DNA of 64,000 nt from Candidatus Woesearchaeota archaeon (GTDB lineage Archaea; Nanobdellota; Nanobdellia; Woesearchaeales; GW2011-AR4), in assembly GCA_016185755.1 (NCBI GenBank), contig JACPMX010000014.1, positions 117,868 through 181,867 on the forward strand, in the 5' to 3' direction. The stretch's first letter is position 1. Every line of letters starts with the position of its first letter. The position numbers and the translations under genes are program-made. Under the pieces are notes generated by a model. It made no database searches, was not told the origin of the DNA, and saw nothing but the letters and a program-made list of their open reading frames with translations. This document shows positions 1 through 8,379 of the stretch, piece after piece.

Positions 1-44
1 TTGTGCAATTATACCTAAAAACGCTTTGCGTTTTTGGAATTGCG

Positions 45-410
45 ATAGCCTGCCTTAGCATTAAACTAAGCGTCGCTGGAAAAGCCGGTTTGACTCAGCT
101 TCACTGGACTTGCACCGGCCAGGGCTCACCGTTTCACCCATGCTGTAAAAACGTCAATTGGTCAGCTCAATGCCCTCGCAGGCATCTTCGCGAAAATCAT
201 CCTTTGTTACAGCGGTCTCGTTTCTGAGTGGTTGCCTTCTATTGCTGGAACTCACTTGCGTGAGTGGCCGCCTGGGCATTCGCGAAGCAAATGCCACAAA
301 AATGCCAGCCGGTTTCGCGGCTGGGTGGGTGGACTTTCCTCAGCCAATGCATGCGAAACGAAGTTTCGCTCGCTTGCAGCCGGCCGCAGCTAAGTACCAG
401 CCCTGCCTCT
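45..410 (-). ncRNA. rnpB: Putative RNase P RNA, reduced form; ends approximate
   Basis: GC-rich island in an AT-rich genome. On the minus strand, in RNase-P order, it has AGGAAAGTCC (CR-I/P4 5'-like), GGGTGAAACGGTG (CR-II-like), CCGGTGCAAGTCCAG (like the bacterial CCGGAGCAAGGCCA) and AAACCGGCTTTT (CR-V/P4 3'-like). Several hairpins are present, including a GCAA tetraloop. A TTTTATATA box lies about 25 nt upstream (forward 430-438) and a T-rich hairpin follows at the 3' end. The P4 pairing is imperfect (GTCCACCC rather than GTCCGGGC), so confidence is moderate. Confidence 0.4.
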
Positions 411-460
411 GAATAGTATGGAAAGTGTGTATATAAAATTATCGAAATTTTCGGCACAGC

Positions 461-739
461 CTATCTGTTTTTACCCTTTAAAATGGAATCTTTCAGCTGC
501 TTTATCTCGTCAAGCTGCTCAAGAAGGATCCCCTCCTTTATGTCCTCGCCTATTGCAAGGAGAATTATGAAGATGACCATCAAAAGCCAGAGGAAAACTG
601 TCTGCAAAAAGCCCCACGATATCCTGTAGCCTTCCAATGCAAAAACCTTGTTGATGAAGAAATATCCTATAATCAGCACAAGAAACCCAACAACCAGGAG
701 CATCTTTTCAAAGATGCTCGTACGCCTCTTTTTTTCCAT
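461..739 (-). CDS. Small hydrophobic hypothetical protein
   Basis: 92-aa ORF with two predicted TM segments; no recognisable family. Confidence 0.3.
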   Translation of the reverse strand: MEKKRRTSIFEKMLLVVGFLVLIIGYFFINKVFALEGYRISWGFLQTVFLWLLMVIFIILLAIGEDIKEGILLEQLDEIKQLKDSILKGKNR

Positions 740-769
740 GATAAACAGGGATAAACTTCGGCATTATGT

Positions 770-1894
770 TTATATATTTTTCTTTTTGAATAGCAGGATA
801 TTGAGCGGCTGCTCCCCGCTCCATACTTCCGTTTCCTTTGCAATGTAAAAATTGTTCTTTTCAGCGCTTTTTTTGGCCAGCTCCGGCATCTTGGAAATGA
901 CGGCAAGAGTGCCGTTGCCTTTCAGTATGTAAGCGCTCTGGTAAAAAAACTCATTGTAGATTTTATTAAGGTCAGCGCTTTTTGATACCGGCAGGCTTGT
1001 GGCAATCCTGTCAACGCTTTTTTCCTTGAACTTTATGTCAAGCCATTCCAGCTCAACCCTGCTGAAATTGATGTATTTGTCGACCCCGGCAATCTTTGCG
1101 TTCTTCTTTGAATAGCCGACATACTTGAACAGGTGGTCATAGCTGTATATGCCTGCTTTCGGCTTTTTTATTGCCCTGTCTGCTTTTTTGAAAAATTTTT
1201 CAAAGTCAACGCCTATTTTCAGCCTCAAAAACCCGAACTTTTCTTTCTTGTAGTAATTATGCGGGAATCCGCTTGCATAGAAAGCTGCCTCTATCCCGAT
1301 AACCCCGTCCCTTGAGAAAGGGTCAAGCATCACTTCCTTTTTCCCAAACCCGCTTTCCCTCACCAATGCATAGGCTATGGTTCCCCTCAATGAGTTGGGG
1401 TGGAGGAAAATCTTGTATCCCCTCTTGTTCAGCTCCATTCCTGAAAAATCAATTCCAAAGTGGCATTTGCTGTTTACGATATGGGCCATGAAGATCATTT
1501 CATATTCCTTTAAGTCGATTCTGGTGCCTTTCAGCTTTCTTGCAATGATCCTGTTTGCCTTTGCCTCGACATCAACGCTCTTGAAATTGTGGGTCCCGTG
1601 CCTTATGCACTCGACCCTGAATTTTTTGTGCTTCAGGATCCATTCGTCAAAATGCAGCTTCCCGATGAAATTCTCGAAGCCGCTGAAGAAGTCGTCAAAT
1701 TCAAAGCTGCCAAGCAGGTACATGACCCTGTCCGCTGACTGGCATTTGTAGCATAATAAGCACAACTCCTCAAATTTCTTGGCTTCGAATGAAATGCAGC
1801 AGTCTTCAATCTTGCATCCTGCGCCAATCAGCTCCTTTGCATCCTGCGCCGCTGTTTGCTCCAGCCCCCTTGATGTTATCAAAAGCCCCTTCAT
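770..1894 (-). CDS. THUMP-domain SAM-dependent RNA (guanine-N2) methyltransferase, Trm14/TrmN-like
   Basis: 374 aa; N-terminal THUMP-like region followed by a class-I methyltransferase fold typical of archaeal m2G tRNA methyltransferases. Confidence 0.65.
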   Translation of the reverse strand: MKGLLITSRGLEQTAAQDAKELIGAGCKIEDCCISFEAKKFEELCLLCYKCQSADRVMYLLGSFEFDDFFSGFENFIGKLHFDEWILKHKKFRVECIRHGTHNFKSVDVEAKANRIIARKLKGTRIDLKEYEMIFMAHIVNSKCHFGIDFSGMELNKRGYKIFLHPNSLRGTIAYALVRESGFGKKEVMLDPFSRDGVIGIEAAFYASGFPHNYYKKEKFGFLRLKIGVDFEKFFKKADRAIKKPKAGIYSYDHLFKYVGYSKKNAKIAGVDKYINFSRVELEWLDIKFKEKSVDRIATSLPVSKSADLNKIYNEFFYQSAYILKGNGTLAVISKMPELAKKSAEKNNFYIAKETEVWSGEQPLNILLFKKKNI

Positions 1895-1931
1895 CTGGTA
1901 AAAGGCAGCAGCGTCGTTTAAAAAGATTTGT

Positions 1932-2114
1932 TTATTTCTTAAGAAGGGATTTTTTCTTCAGCCCCTTTCTCATTTTTGGGCTCGGCTTCAGCCTTTTGAA
2001 GAACTCAATCTGCCTCAGCCTTTTTTCAGCATCCTCTTTGGAAGTGTAAGTTCCAAATTTCCTTCCGGTCGTTTCAGACAAGACAACATACTTTCCCTTT
2101 ATTTTCTTGATCAT
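1932..2114 (-). CDS. Small basic hypothetical protein
   Basis: 60-aa K/R-rich ORF divergent from the PIN gene. Confidence 0.25.
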   Translation of the reverse strand: MIKKIKGKYVVLSETTGRKFGTYTSKEDAEKRLRQIEFFKRLKPSPKMRKGLKKKSLLKK

Positions 2115-2235
2115 AGTTTTTCAATGCAGGCATAATTTAAATAGCTTTCTTTGCATAATGCATTTACAGAGTTGCATGTCAATTTACAGCAGGATAACAG
2201 AAATGTTTATATCATTTTAACGATACTTTCCATAA

Positions 2236-2628
2236 ATGAAAAGGATAATCATTGACACAAACTTTTTGCTGGTGCCATTCAAGTACAGGGTGGACATTTT
2301 TTCAGAATTCAGCAGGATATGCGATTTCACCTATGGGCTTTTTATTTTCGGGCAGTCCATTGAGGAGCTTGGGAGAATAGTCCAAAGCCAGTCCGGCATG
2401 GACAAAAAGGCAGCGCAATTCGCGTTAAAGCTCGTAAATCTGAAAAATATAGGTATCATAAATTCCCCTGCAAGGGATGTTGATTCACTGATATTGGCTG
2501 ATCTTGATAAAGACACGATCGTTGCAACACAGGACCTTCAGCTGAAAAAAAAGCTCCTTGCAAAAAGCACCACGATCATCGTTCTTAGGCAGAAAAAATA
2601 CCTTCAGCTAATTAAGAAAGCTTTATAA
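2236..2628 (+). CDS. PIN-domain protein
   Basis: 130 aa; N-terminal IIDTNFL motif typical of PIN nucleases; lies upstream of rpoE as in many archaea. Confidence 0.5.
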   Translation: MKRIIIDTNFLLVPFKYRVDIFSEFSRICDFTYGLFIFGQSIEELGRIVQSQSGMDKKAAQFALKLVNLKNIGIINSPARDVDSLILADLDKDTIVATQDLQLKKKLLAKSTTIIVLRQKKYLQLIKKAL

Positions 2629-2688
2629 ATGAAACAGCTCTCCTCTCGGCATTGGCTGGTTGAAGCCATTTAATAATAAAGGTTTAAA

Positions 2689-3300
2689 ATGTTCTATAAA
2701 ATAGAGTTAAAAGACCACATCAGGGTGCCTCCTAACCTGTTCAGCCTTCCGCTTGAGGAAGCTGTGATAAAGAGGATAAAGACCAAGTACAGCGGCTTTA
2801 TCTCAAAGGACCTCGGCATCGTAGTTGACGTGGCCGGAATGAAGGATATAGGGGAAGGTGTCATTATACCGGGAGACGGGGCTTCATACTATGATGTTTC
2901 GTTCGAGCTGCTGACTTTCAAGCCTGAAATGCAGGAAATAGCTATCGGCAGGGTAAAAGACATTGCTGAATTCGGCGCTTTCATAAACATAGGCCCTCTT
3001 GACGGCATGATACACATAAGCCAGACCATGGATGATTTTGTATCGTTCAGCAAGGACAAGACCCTGACCGGGAAGGAATCCAAGAGGGTGCTGAAGGTTG
3101 GCGACGTGTGCAGGGCAAGAATCATAGCAGTCTCGTTCAAGGATGTTTTGAACCCAAAGCTCGGCCTTACAATGAGGCAGCAGGGGCTCGGAAGGCTTGA
3201 CTGGATCAAGGAAGAGCCCGAGGAAAAAGAAGCTCCAAAGAAAGAGGAGAAAGAAGGCAAAGAGCATAAGGAGCACAAGGAAAAAAAGGAAAAGAAATAA
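2689..3300 (+). CDS. rpoE: DNA-directed RNA polymerase subunit E' (Rpo7) with S1 domain and K/E-rich tail
   Basis: 203 aa; Rpb7/RpoE N-domain plus S1 fold; conserved rpoE-spt4-rps24e-rps27ae context. Confidence 0.85.
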   Translation: MFYKIELKDHIRVPPNLFSLPLEEAVIKRIKTKYSGFISKDLGIVVDVAGMKDIGEGVIIPGDGASYYDVSFELLTFKPEMQEIAIGRVKDIAEFGAFINIGPLDGMIHISQTMDDFVSFSKDKTLTGKESKRVLKVGDVCRARIIAVSFKDVLNPKLGLTMRQQGLGRLDWIKEEPEEKEAPKKEEKEGKEHKEHKEKKEKK

Positions 3301-3306
3301 GCGAAA

Positions 3307-3492
3307 ATGAAAAAAAAAGTATGCAAGAGATGCAAGATGCTTGTTGACGGAAATGAATGCCCGGTTTGCAAGACCAACCAGTTCTCTACAAACTGGCAGG
3401 GCAGGCTTTACATTCTTGACTCCGGCAAGTCAATAGTCGCTGAGAAGATAGGCATCAAGGCCAAAGGCGAGTACGCTATAAAGGTAAGATAA
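3307..3492 (+). CDS. spt4: Transcription elongation factor Spt4 (RpoE'')
   Basis: 61 aa; CxxC...CxxC zinc ribbon; ends ...GEYAIKVR like archaeal Spt4. Confidence 0.8.
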   Translation: MKKKVCKRCKMLVDGNECPVCKTNQFSTNWQGRLYILDSGKSIVAEKIGIKAKGEYAIKVR

Positions 3493-3494
3493 TC

Positions 3495-3785
3495 ATGGAA
3501 CTCAATGTTACAAGCACAAAGGAAGAGCCGCTGCTGTCAAGAAGGCTGATCAAGGCTAATTTGGAATTTGAAAAATCCACCCCGTCTTATGCGGAAGTCA
3601 CTGCGCTTCTTGCAGGCAATCTCAAGGCAGACGAGAAACTGATTGCGATAAGGCACATCTACAATTCATTCGGCGCCAAAAAAGCCGATGTTACAGCTTA
3701 TGTATATTCAGACGAGTCCAGGAAGCAGTTCATAGAGCCCAAGAGGAAGGAAAAGAAGGATAAAACAGCTGAAAAGAAAGAGTGA
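3495..3785 (+). CDS. rps24e: 30S ribosomal protein S24e
   Basis: 96 aa; RHIYNSFG motif and gene context. Confidence 0.8.
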   Translation: MELNVTSTKEEPLLSRRLIKANLEFEKSTPSYAEVTALLAGNLKADEKLIAIRHIYNSFGAKKADVTAYVYSDESRKQFIEPKRKEKKDKTAEKKE

Positions 3786-3811
3786 TTTGAAGATTTTATA
3801 ATAAAACTTTA

Positions 3812-3886
3812 AATCCGCCGCTATGCGGCCAAAATTACACTCGGCGAAAATTTTCCTGCCAATAATTTTCGCCTCGGACTATTCAA
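3812..3886 (-). repeat. Interspersed ~70-nt hairpin element, copy 1 (inverted orientation)
   Basis: Reverse complement reads ATAGTCCGAGGCGAA..TGGCAGGAAA..CCGAGTGTAATTTTG-GCCGC ATA GCGGC-GGATTTAAAG; matches the other four copies. Confidence 0.6.
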
Positions 3887-3900
3887 TATAATGAATAAAT

Positions 3901-3972
3901 TGGCGAGGAGTCGCGTGTGGCAGACAGCGACGACGAGCACTAATTATTGTCCGTAGGACAGATTAAGAATCC
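3901..3972 (+). repeat. Interspersed ~70-nt hairpin element, copy 2
   Basis: GGCGAGG..TGGCAGACAG..GAGCACTAATTATTG-GTCC GTA GGAC-AGATTAAGAATCC; forms an inverted pair with copy 1 about 25 nt upstream of rps27ae. Confidence 0.6.
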
Positions 3973-3996
3973 AATTTAACAAAACATAAAACAAAA

Positions 3997-4176
3997 ATGG
4001 CAAAGGAAGCAAAGAAAAAATTGTCTGGGAGATGGAAGCTGTACGAGAAGTCAGGAGACAAGATAACAAGGAAAAACAGGTCATGCCCCAAATGCGGCGA
4101 AGGCACTTTCATGGCAAAGCATGCAAACAGGTGGGCATGCGGCGCTTGCAAATACACTGAATTCCTGCAGAAATAA
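3997..4176 (+). CDS. rps27ae: 30S ribosomal protein S27ae (eS31) zinc-ribbon protein; not in supplied ORF track (59 aa)
   Basis: Translation MAKEAKKKLSGRWKLYEKSGDKITRKNRSCPKCGEGTFMAKHANRWACGACKYTEFLQK; CPKCG...CGAC zinc ribbon; canonical position after rps24e. Confidence 0.7.
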   Translation: MAKEAKKKLSGRWKLYEKSGDKITRKNRSCPKCGEGTFMAKHANRWACGACKYTEFLQK

Positions 4177-5064
4177 CTAATCCTTGCCAAATTTCTGGAA
4201 CACAAGCAAGTCCTCTGTTGTCAGTTTCTGTCTTTTTTTAATCTTCTCGTTGACAGCGTCCTCTTTTGACTTCAAAAACATTTCCTGCTCGTGCTTTCTC
4301 TTCTCTCTTTTGTCAGAATCAATCCTGTCAAGCTCTGCCTTCACGGAGTTCATCAGCTTGAGCTTTTCCTTCAGCTCGCTGTTGGCATCTCCAAATTTCT
4401 TCTTCAGCTCGGAAAATTTCCTGAACGCATCTTCCTCCTCAACCTTCATCTTGTCTATCTCAGCAGATATTTTAAGAATTTCCTCATGAAGCGACTGGCT
4501 TTGTTTCGCCTTTTCCTGTATCAGCTTGTGGGATTCATTCGCATCTTTCTTCATATTCCTTATTTCGTCAGAGGCATCCTTAAGCCTTTTGTTTGACTCG
4601 GCAAGCTCTTTTGCATCCTCGTAGAGATTTTTCAAGCCCTTGATTTTCTTCATCAGCTCTTTCTCTTTTTCAAAAGAAGCAGTGTCTGTCTCTATCTTGA
4701 ATTCGAGCTTTTCAATTGCCTGCTTTATCCTGGAAGGGTTCTCCTTTATCGGCAATGATTTCGCGAGCTGCTCTTTCTCCTTTTTCAGCCTGTCGAAATC
4801 CTTAAGCCTGGAGCTTGCATCCTTGTTTATGCTGTCCCTTCTGGGCTTCAGCCCCTTGACTTCCTGAGTGAGGGAATCTCTCCTGGCTTTGCTGTCCTTT
4901 ATCTTCTGTATCGACTGCCTTATTTTTACGGAGAATTCTTCCTTTTTCCTGTACCAGGATTCTTTCTCACTGTCAAGCTCGTTGAGCACGTTCTTTAATT
5001 TGGATACCTCTATCCTGTGCCTGTTAAGTTCCTCAACTAGCTCTCTTGCAGTCTTTGATGCCAT
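4177..5064 (-). CDS. Coiled-coil hypothetical protein
   Basis: 295 aa, K/E-rich heptad-like sequence throughout. Confidence 0.5.
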   Translation of the reverse strand: MASKTARELVEELNRHRIEVSKLKNVLNELDSEKESWYRKKEEFSVKIRQSIQKIKDSKARRDSLTQEVKGLKPRRDSINKDASSRLKDFDRLKKEKEQLAKSLPIKENPSRIKQAIEKLEFKIETDTASFEKEKELMKKIKGLKNLYEDAKELAESNKRLKDASDEIRNMKKDANESHKLIQEKAKQSQSLHEEILKISAEIDKMKVEEEDAFRKFSELKKKFGDANSELKEKLKLMNSVKAELDRIDSDKREKRKHEQEMFLKSKEDAVNEKIKKRQKLTTEDLLVFQKFGKD

Positions 5065-5085
5065 GAATTTGATTCAACTGCATAT

Positions 5086-5394
5086 TTAGCCGAACAAAGC
5101 GCCCAAGCCTGCAGCTGCCGCCTCTTCTGATTTCTTCTCTTCAGCTGCTTTCTTCTTCTCGTCCACTTTGTGCTCAGCCGGCGCTCCTGCGCTCGGGGCT
5201 GCCGCCGCAACCTGCGCTACAGCTGCCTTCTCAATAGCTTCTTCTATGTTGACTCCTTCCAAGGCTGCGACAAGTGCCTTTGCCCTTGCATCATCCACTT
5301 TCACATGGGCTGATTCCAGCACTTTCTTCACGTTCGCTTCATCTACTTTCTGTCCTGCCTTGTGAAGCAGCATAGCCGCGTACACATATTCCAT
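5086..5394 (-). CDS. rpl12: 50S ribosomal protein P1 (L12e)
   Basis: 102 aa; Ala-rich hinge and acidic C-terminus ending GLGALFG. Confidence 0.9.
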   Translation of the reverse strand: MEYVYAAMLLHKAGQKVDEANVKKVLESAHVKVDDARAKALVAALEGVNIEEAIEKAAVAQVAAAAPSAGAPAEHKVDEKKKAAEEKKSEEAAAAGLGALFG

Positions 5395-5419
5395 TTTTTA
5401 GTCCTCCGTTAAATTTATT

Positions 5420-5450
5420 TTAATTATTCTTTTTATTGGATTATTAGTCA
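5420..5450 (-). promoter_or_regulatory. Shared promoter-like box upstream of rpl12, also upstream of rpl10 at 6640-6672
   Basis: Minus sense AAAACATTGACTAATAATCCAATAA (upstream of rpl12) and AAAACATTAACAAAAAATCCAATAA (upstream of rpl10) are near-identical AT-rich boxes 30-80 nt before the start codons. Confidence 0.35.
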
Positions 5451-5475
5451 ATGTTTTCAATCGTTAATGAGGTTC

Positions 5476-6591
5476 TTAGTTATTGAATTTTTCTTTCTTA
5501 TCCTGTTCTTCAATCTCTTTTTTTTGCAAGTCTCTGGCTATCTTCTCCACTTCCTTTATTTCTCTTTGCTTTTCCCTCATTTTTATGTTTGCTTCCAGCT
5601 CTTCTCTTGTCGGGGCTTTTAAGTCAGATGACTCTTTTGTTTCAGATTTTGGTTCTGTTTCTTGTTTTGGCTCAGATTTTTCATCTGCTTTCTCATGCTT
5701 TGCTTCAAAAACCCGTATATTAGCTGTTCCTGCCAAGCTCTTCATCTGCATCTCTGCCTTTGCCAATAGTGAATCAATTATTCCCTTCTCTAAAATGTTC
5801 TGTGCAATTCCAAGCGCTTTTGCATCATTATGCGCTTTTCCCAGCAACGTGCTTATTGTACTTTTTGTAGGGTATGAGGCGTAGACTGCAAGGTTGAATG
5901 CCCATCTTGAGGCATTTGCCAGCCTCCCCATGTATTCCTTCTCATCAACTGACAAAACATCGCGCCCGTAAATAATCCCGTTCTCATAGACAGCAACCAA
6001 ATCCAGGCCGACTTCCATAGGCTGTATTCCAAGCCTTATCAGGATTTCAGCCACTTTCGGCTTTATTTTTTCCCCTGCCTTTACAACAACAGAGTCTTCC
6101 TTTATTGCAACTTTGCCACCCTCAACTCCCGACTTTATTCCTGCCAGGGCAAGCTCCCCTATAATCGGGCCAGGTGCAAATGAGGTTGCTCCCTTGTTTA
6201 CTATGATGTCTCTTGGAGCAGTCTGGCCGGCTTTCGCAGGAGCTGGCGATTTGCTTTTCTGCAGTGTGTTGCTTAATTTGAATGGGTTTTCCTTTGTGAA
6301 AATTAATGCAGGCATCCCGCCAAGGTGCGCTTCCAGGCTTTCAATTCCCTTCTTTTTTGCCTTTGTGTCCTCGATGGCCAGCTTTATCAGCCTTCTCTTG
6401 GTCATTGTCATGAGGAATTTTCCTCTTAGCTGCGCCCTCATTGTCTGCAGCTGCGGAGCAGGCAGGTTTTCCATGTTTACAACTGCAATTATGGGATTTT
6501 CATTAATCAGCCTGGCAAGCTTTGCTACAATTTCTTTCTTGTAGTCAGCTACATGCGCTTCCCTCTTTGTCTTGGTTATTGCTTCTGCCAT
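5476..6591 (-). CDS. rpl10: 50S ribosomal protein P0 (L10e / uL10)
   Basis: 371 aa; P0 N-domain plus long K/E-rich C-terminal extension; immediately upstream of rpl12. Confidence 0.9.
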   Translation of the reverse strand: MAEAITKTKREAHVADYKKEIVAKLARLINENPIIAVVNMENLPAPQLQTMRAQLRGKFLMTMTKRRLIKLAIEDTKAKKKGIESLEAHLGGMPALIFTKENPFKLSNTLQKSKSPAPAKAGQTAPRDIIVNKGATSFAPGPIIGELALAGIKSGVEGGKVAIKEDSVVVKAGEKIKPKVAEILIRLGIQPMEVGLDLVAVYENGIIYGRDVLSVDEKEYMGRLANASRWAFNLAVYASYPTKSTISTLLGKAHNDAKALGIAQNILEKGIIDSLLAKAEMQMKSLAGTANIRVFEAKHEKADEKSEPKQETEPKSETKESSDLKAPTREELEANIKMREKQREIKEVEKIARDLQKKEIEEQDKKEKFNN

Positions 6592-6686
6592 TTTGATTTT
6601 TTTAAATTTATTTTTCGTTATTGAGTTTTTTGTTGTTTTTAATTGAATTTATTTTATTGGATTTTTTGTTAATGTTTTTAATTTTT

Positions 6687-6733
6687 TAATCCGCCTACGG
6701 CGCATTTTAGGCTCGCTCATTAGCTCGCCTATT
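6687..6733 (-). repeat. Interspersed hairpin element, copy 3 (short form)
   Basis: Reverse complement AAATAGGCGAGCTAATGAGCGAGCCTAAAATG-CGCC GTA GGCG-GATTAAAA; the ATAGGCGAG box overlaps the rpl1 TAG stop codon. Confidence 0.5.
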
Positions 6734-7412
6734 TATTGGCCTCTTTTTCTATCTCCAGCTTTTCCCCTACCTTGACTGGCTTGCCCATTGTCAGCTTCAC
6801 ATAAATGTCCTTTATGTTGTGCTTTTCATTTGGCAGCGCATGGATCACCGAATTGTAGACGGTCAGCGCATTCTCCGCTATGTCGCTTGCATTCATGTCC
6901 TCTGTTCCAATCGGGACCTGTATCAAAGGCGCTGTCTTTGCGTTTGCCCTTACAGTTCTCTGCAGCTTTTCATACAAGGGCCTTAAGTTTGCGTTCGGCG
7001 CCACCACATTTCCAGACTTCGGGTTCGGCATCTTCCCTCTGGTGCCGAATATCCTTCCAAATGATGTTGCAACCTTCGGCATTATGTTTGCCTGCGCAAT
7101 GAAGAAGTCAAAGCTGTTTGCTATCTTTTTTGCCTCTTTCTTACCCTTGTGCCTCTCAAAATCATCAGACATTATCACAGAATCGCACACATTCTTTGCC
7201 TGCTCGGCAAGCTCTGCAGCCACTAAAGCGCATACCTTGACTTTTTTGCCCCTTGAATGCGGCAAAGTCACAAAAACATCCACCTGGTGCTCTGGCTTCT
7301 TCAGGTCAAGCCCCCTTAGGTTTATGATTAAGTCAAATGACTGCCTGAAATTCCTTTTATCAGAAATATCCTTTGCCTTTGCTATTGCAGCATTTATTTG
7401 CTCTTTGTCCAT
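6729..7412 (-). CDS. rpl1: 50S ribosomal protein L1
   Basis: 227 aa, uL1 family; rpl1-rpl10-rpl12 order is conserved. No rpl11 lies upstream. Confidence 0.9.
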   Translation of the reverse strand: MDKEQINAAIAKAKDISDKRNFRQSFDLIINLRGLDLKKPEHQVDVFVTLPHSRGKKVKVCALVAAELAEQAKNVCDSVIMSDDFERHKGKKEAKKIANSFDFFIAQANIMPKVATSFGRIFGTRGKMPNPKSGNVVAPNANLRPLYEKLQRTVRANAKTAPLIQVPIGTEDMNASDIAENALTVYNSVIHALPNEKHNIKDIYVKLTMGKPVKVGEKLEIEKEANK

Positions 7413-7552
7413 TTAAAGCCCTCCTACCGAAGTAGTTTGACGGGTAATGCGGATGGGATAGCTATAGGGTTTTTAAAGGTTACTGTGGTGATTTGGTGAT
7501 GTGTGATAAATGCCCCATAAAATTTATATTCAATTAAAATCATTATTTCAAA

Positions 7553-7819
7553 ATGCCGCACATCCTAGCAAAGCTTAAAGGAGTAAAGATAGAAGATATA
7601 AAGCCGCATTTAAAAAGAGATGCGCCTATCCATGCAAAGGAAGGATTGTTTCTTGAGCATTTATGGCAGAATGCAGACGATTCAAATGAAATCTTGTTTA
7701 TTTTCAAAACTAATGACCTGAACCATGCAAGACAGTTCATACAAAAAGTGCATTCAGAGGCATTGAAGGAAAATCCAAAAGCAAACCTGCCTCATATGAC
7801 TTTTCTGGAAGAGGAATAA
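7553..7819 (+). CDS. Small hypothetical protein, possibly a ferredoxin-like fold
   Basis: 88 aa, no confident family match. Confidence 0.3.
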   Translation: MPHILAKLKGVKIEDIKPHLKRDAPIHAKEGLFLEHLWQNADDSNEILFIFKTNDLNHARQFIQKVHSEALKENPKANLPHMTFLEEE

Positions 7820-7855
7820 ATAATTATTTATATTCACTCTTCAAGTAATTTATAA

Positions 7856-8080
7856 ATGAAAATCCCAAGAAATATTTCCGGAATGGAAGTTATAAAAGTC
7901 TTAGTAAAGCACTACGATTGGGAAGTTTATAGGCGGCAAGGCAGCCATGTTACTTTAAAGAAAAAATCAGAAACTGAAATATTAACGGTGCCACTCCATG
8001 CCAGCCTTGACGTAGGCACTTTTCTTGCTATTTTAAGAAAAGCCAACATCGAGAAAGAAGATTTCCTGAAGAAATTATAA
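7856..8080 (+). CDS. hicA: HicA-family mRNA interferase toxin
   Basis: 74 aa; pattern RRQGSHVTLKK...TVPLH typical of HicA (YcfA-like). Confidence 0.55.
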   Translation: MKIPRNISGMEVIKVLVKHYDWEVYRRQGSHVTLKKKSETEILTVPLHASLDVGTFLAILRKANIEKEDFLKKL

Positions 8081-8377
8081 AATGGGAATTCTGATTGGAG
8101 TCCTGATAATTTCGCTGTCCGGGACTTCCAATTTGTTGTTTTTTCTTACAACTCCCAATTTTTCCAATTCGTTGTCAAGAATTCCCAACTCACTTGCGCT
8201 TTTCATGTGCAAATTAATGGCTTCTGCTATGTTCCCCTTTGCCTCCCTCAAAGTCTTTCCCTGAGTAACAATATTCAAATCCAGGCATTCTGCCATGTAA
8301 CCGCTTTTAGTCTTTTTAACTACAAATGGAACAGACAATTCTAAATTCTCGCTTTTGTAATTGGCATTTCTTTTCAT
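8075..8377 (-). CDS. hicB: HicB-family antitoxin (UPF0150 domain)
   Basis: 100 aa; SGYMAECLDLNIVTQGKTLREAKGNIAEAINLHM resembles the HicB N-domain. Convergent with hicA and overlaps it by 6 nt. Confidence 0.55.
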   Translation of the reverse strand: MKRNANYKSENLELSVPFVVKKTKSGYMAECLDLNIVTQGKTLREAKGNIAEAINLHMKSASELGILDNELEKLGVVRKNNKLEVPDSEIIRTPIRIPIL

Positions 8378-8379
8378 AG

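Noticed and set aside
538-549. 12-nt match (cctcgcctattg) to the ATAGGCGAGG box of the repeat family
   Set aside because: None of the other boxes or the hairpin accompany it. It is probably a chance match, so it is not counted as a sixth copy.
7413-7500. Possible L1-binding autoregulatory RNA site upstream of rpl1 (GGGUAAUGCGGAUGGGAUAGC-like)
   Set aside because: The similar sequence is on the plus strand, antisense to the rpl1 leader, so it cannot be part of the rpl1 mRNA.
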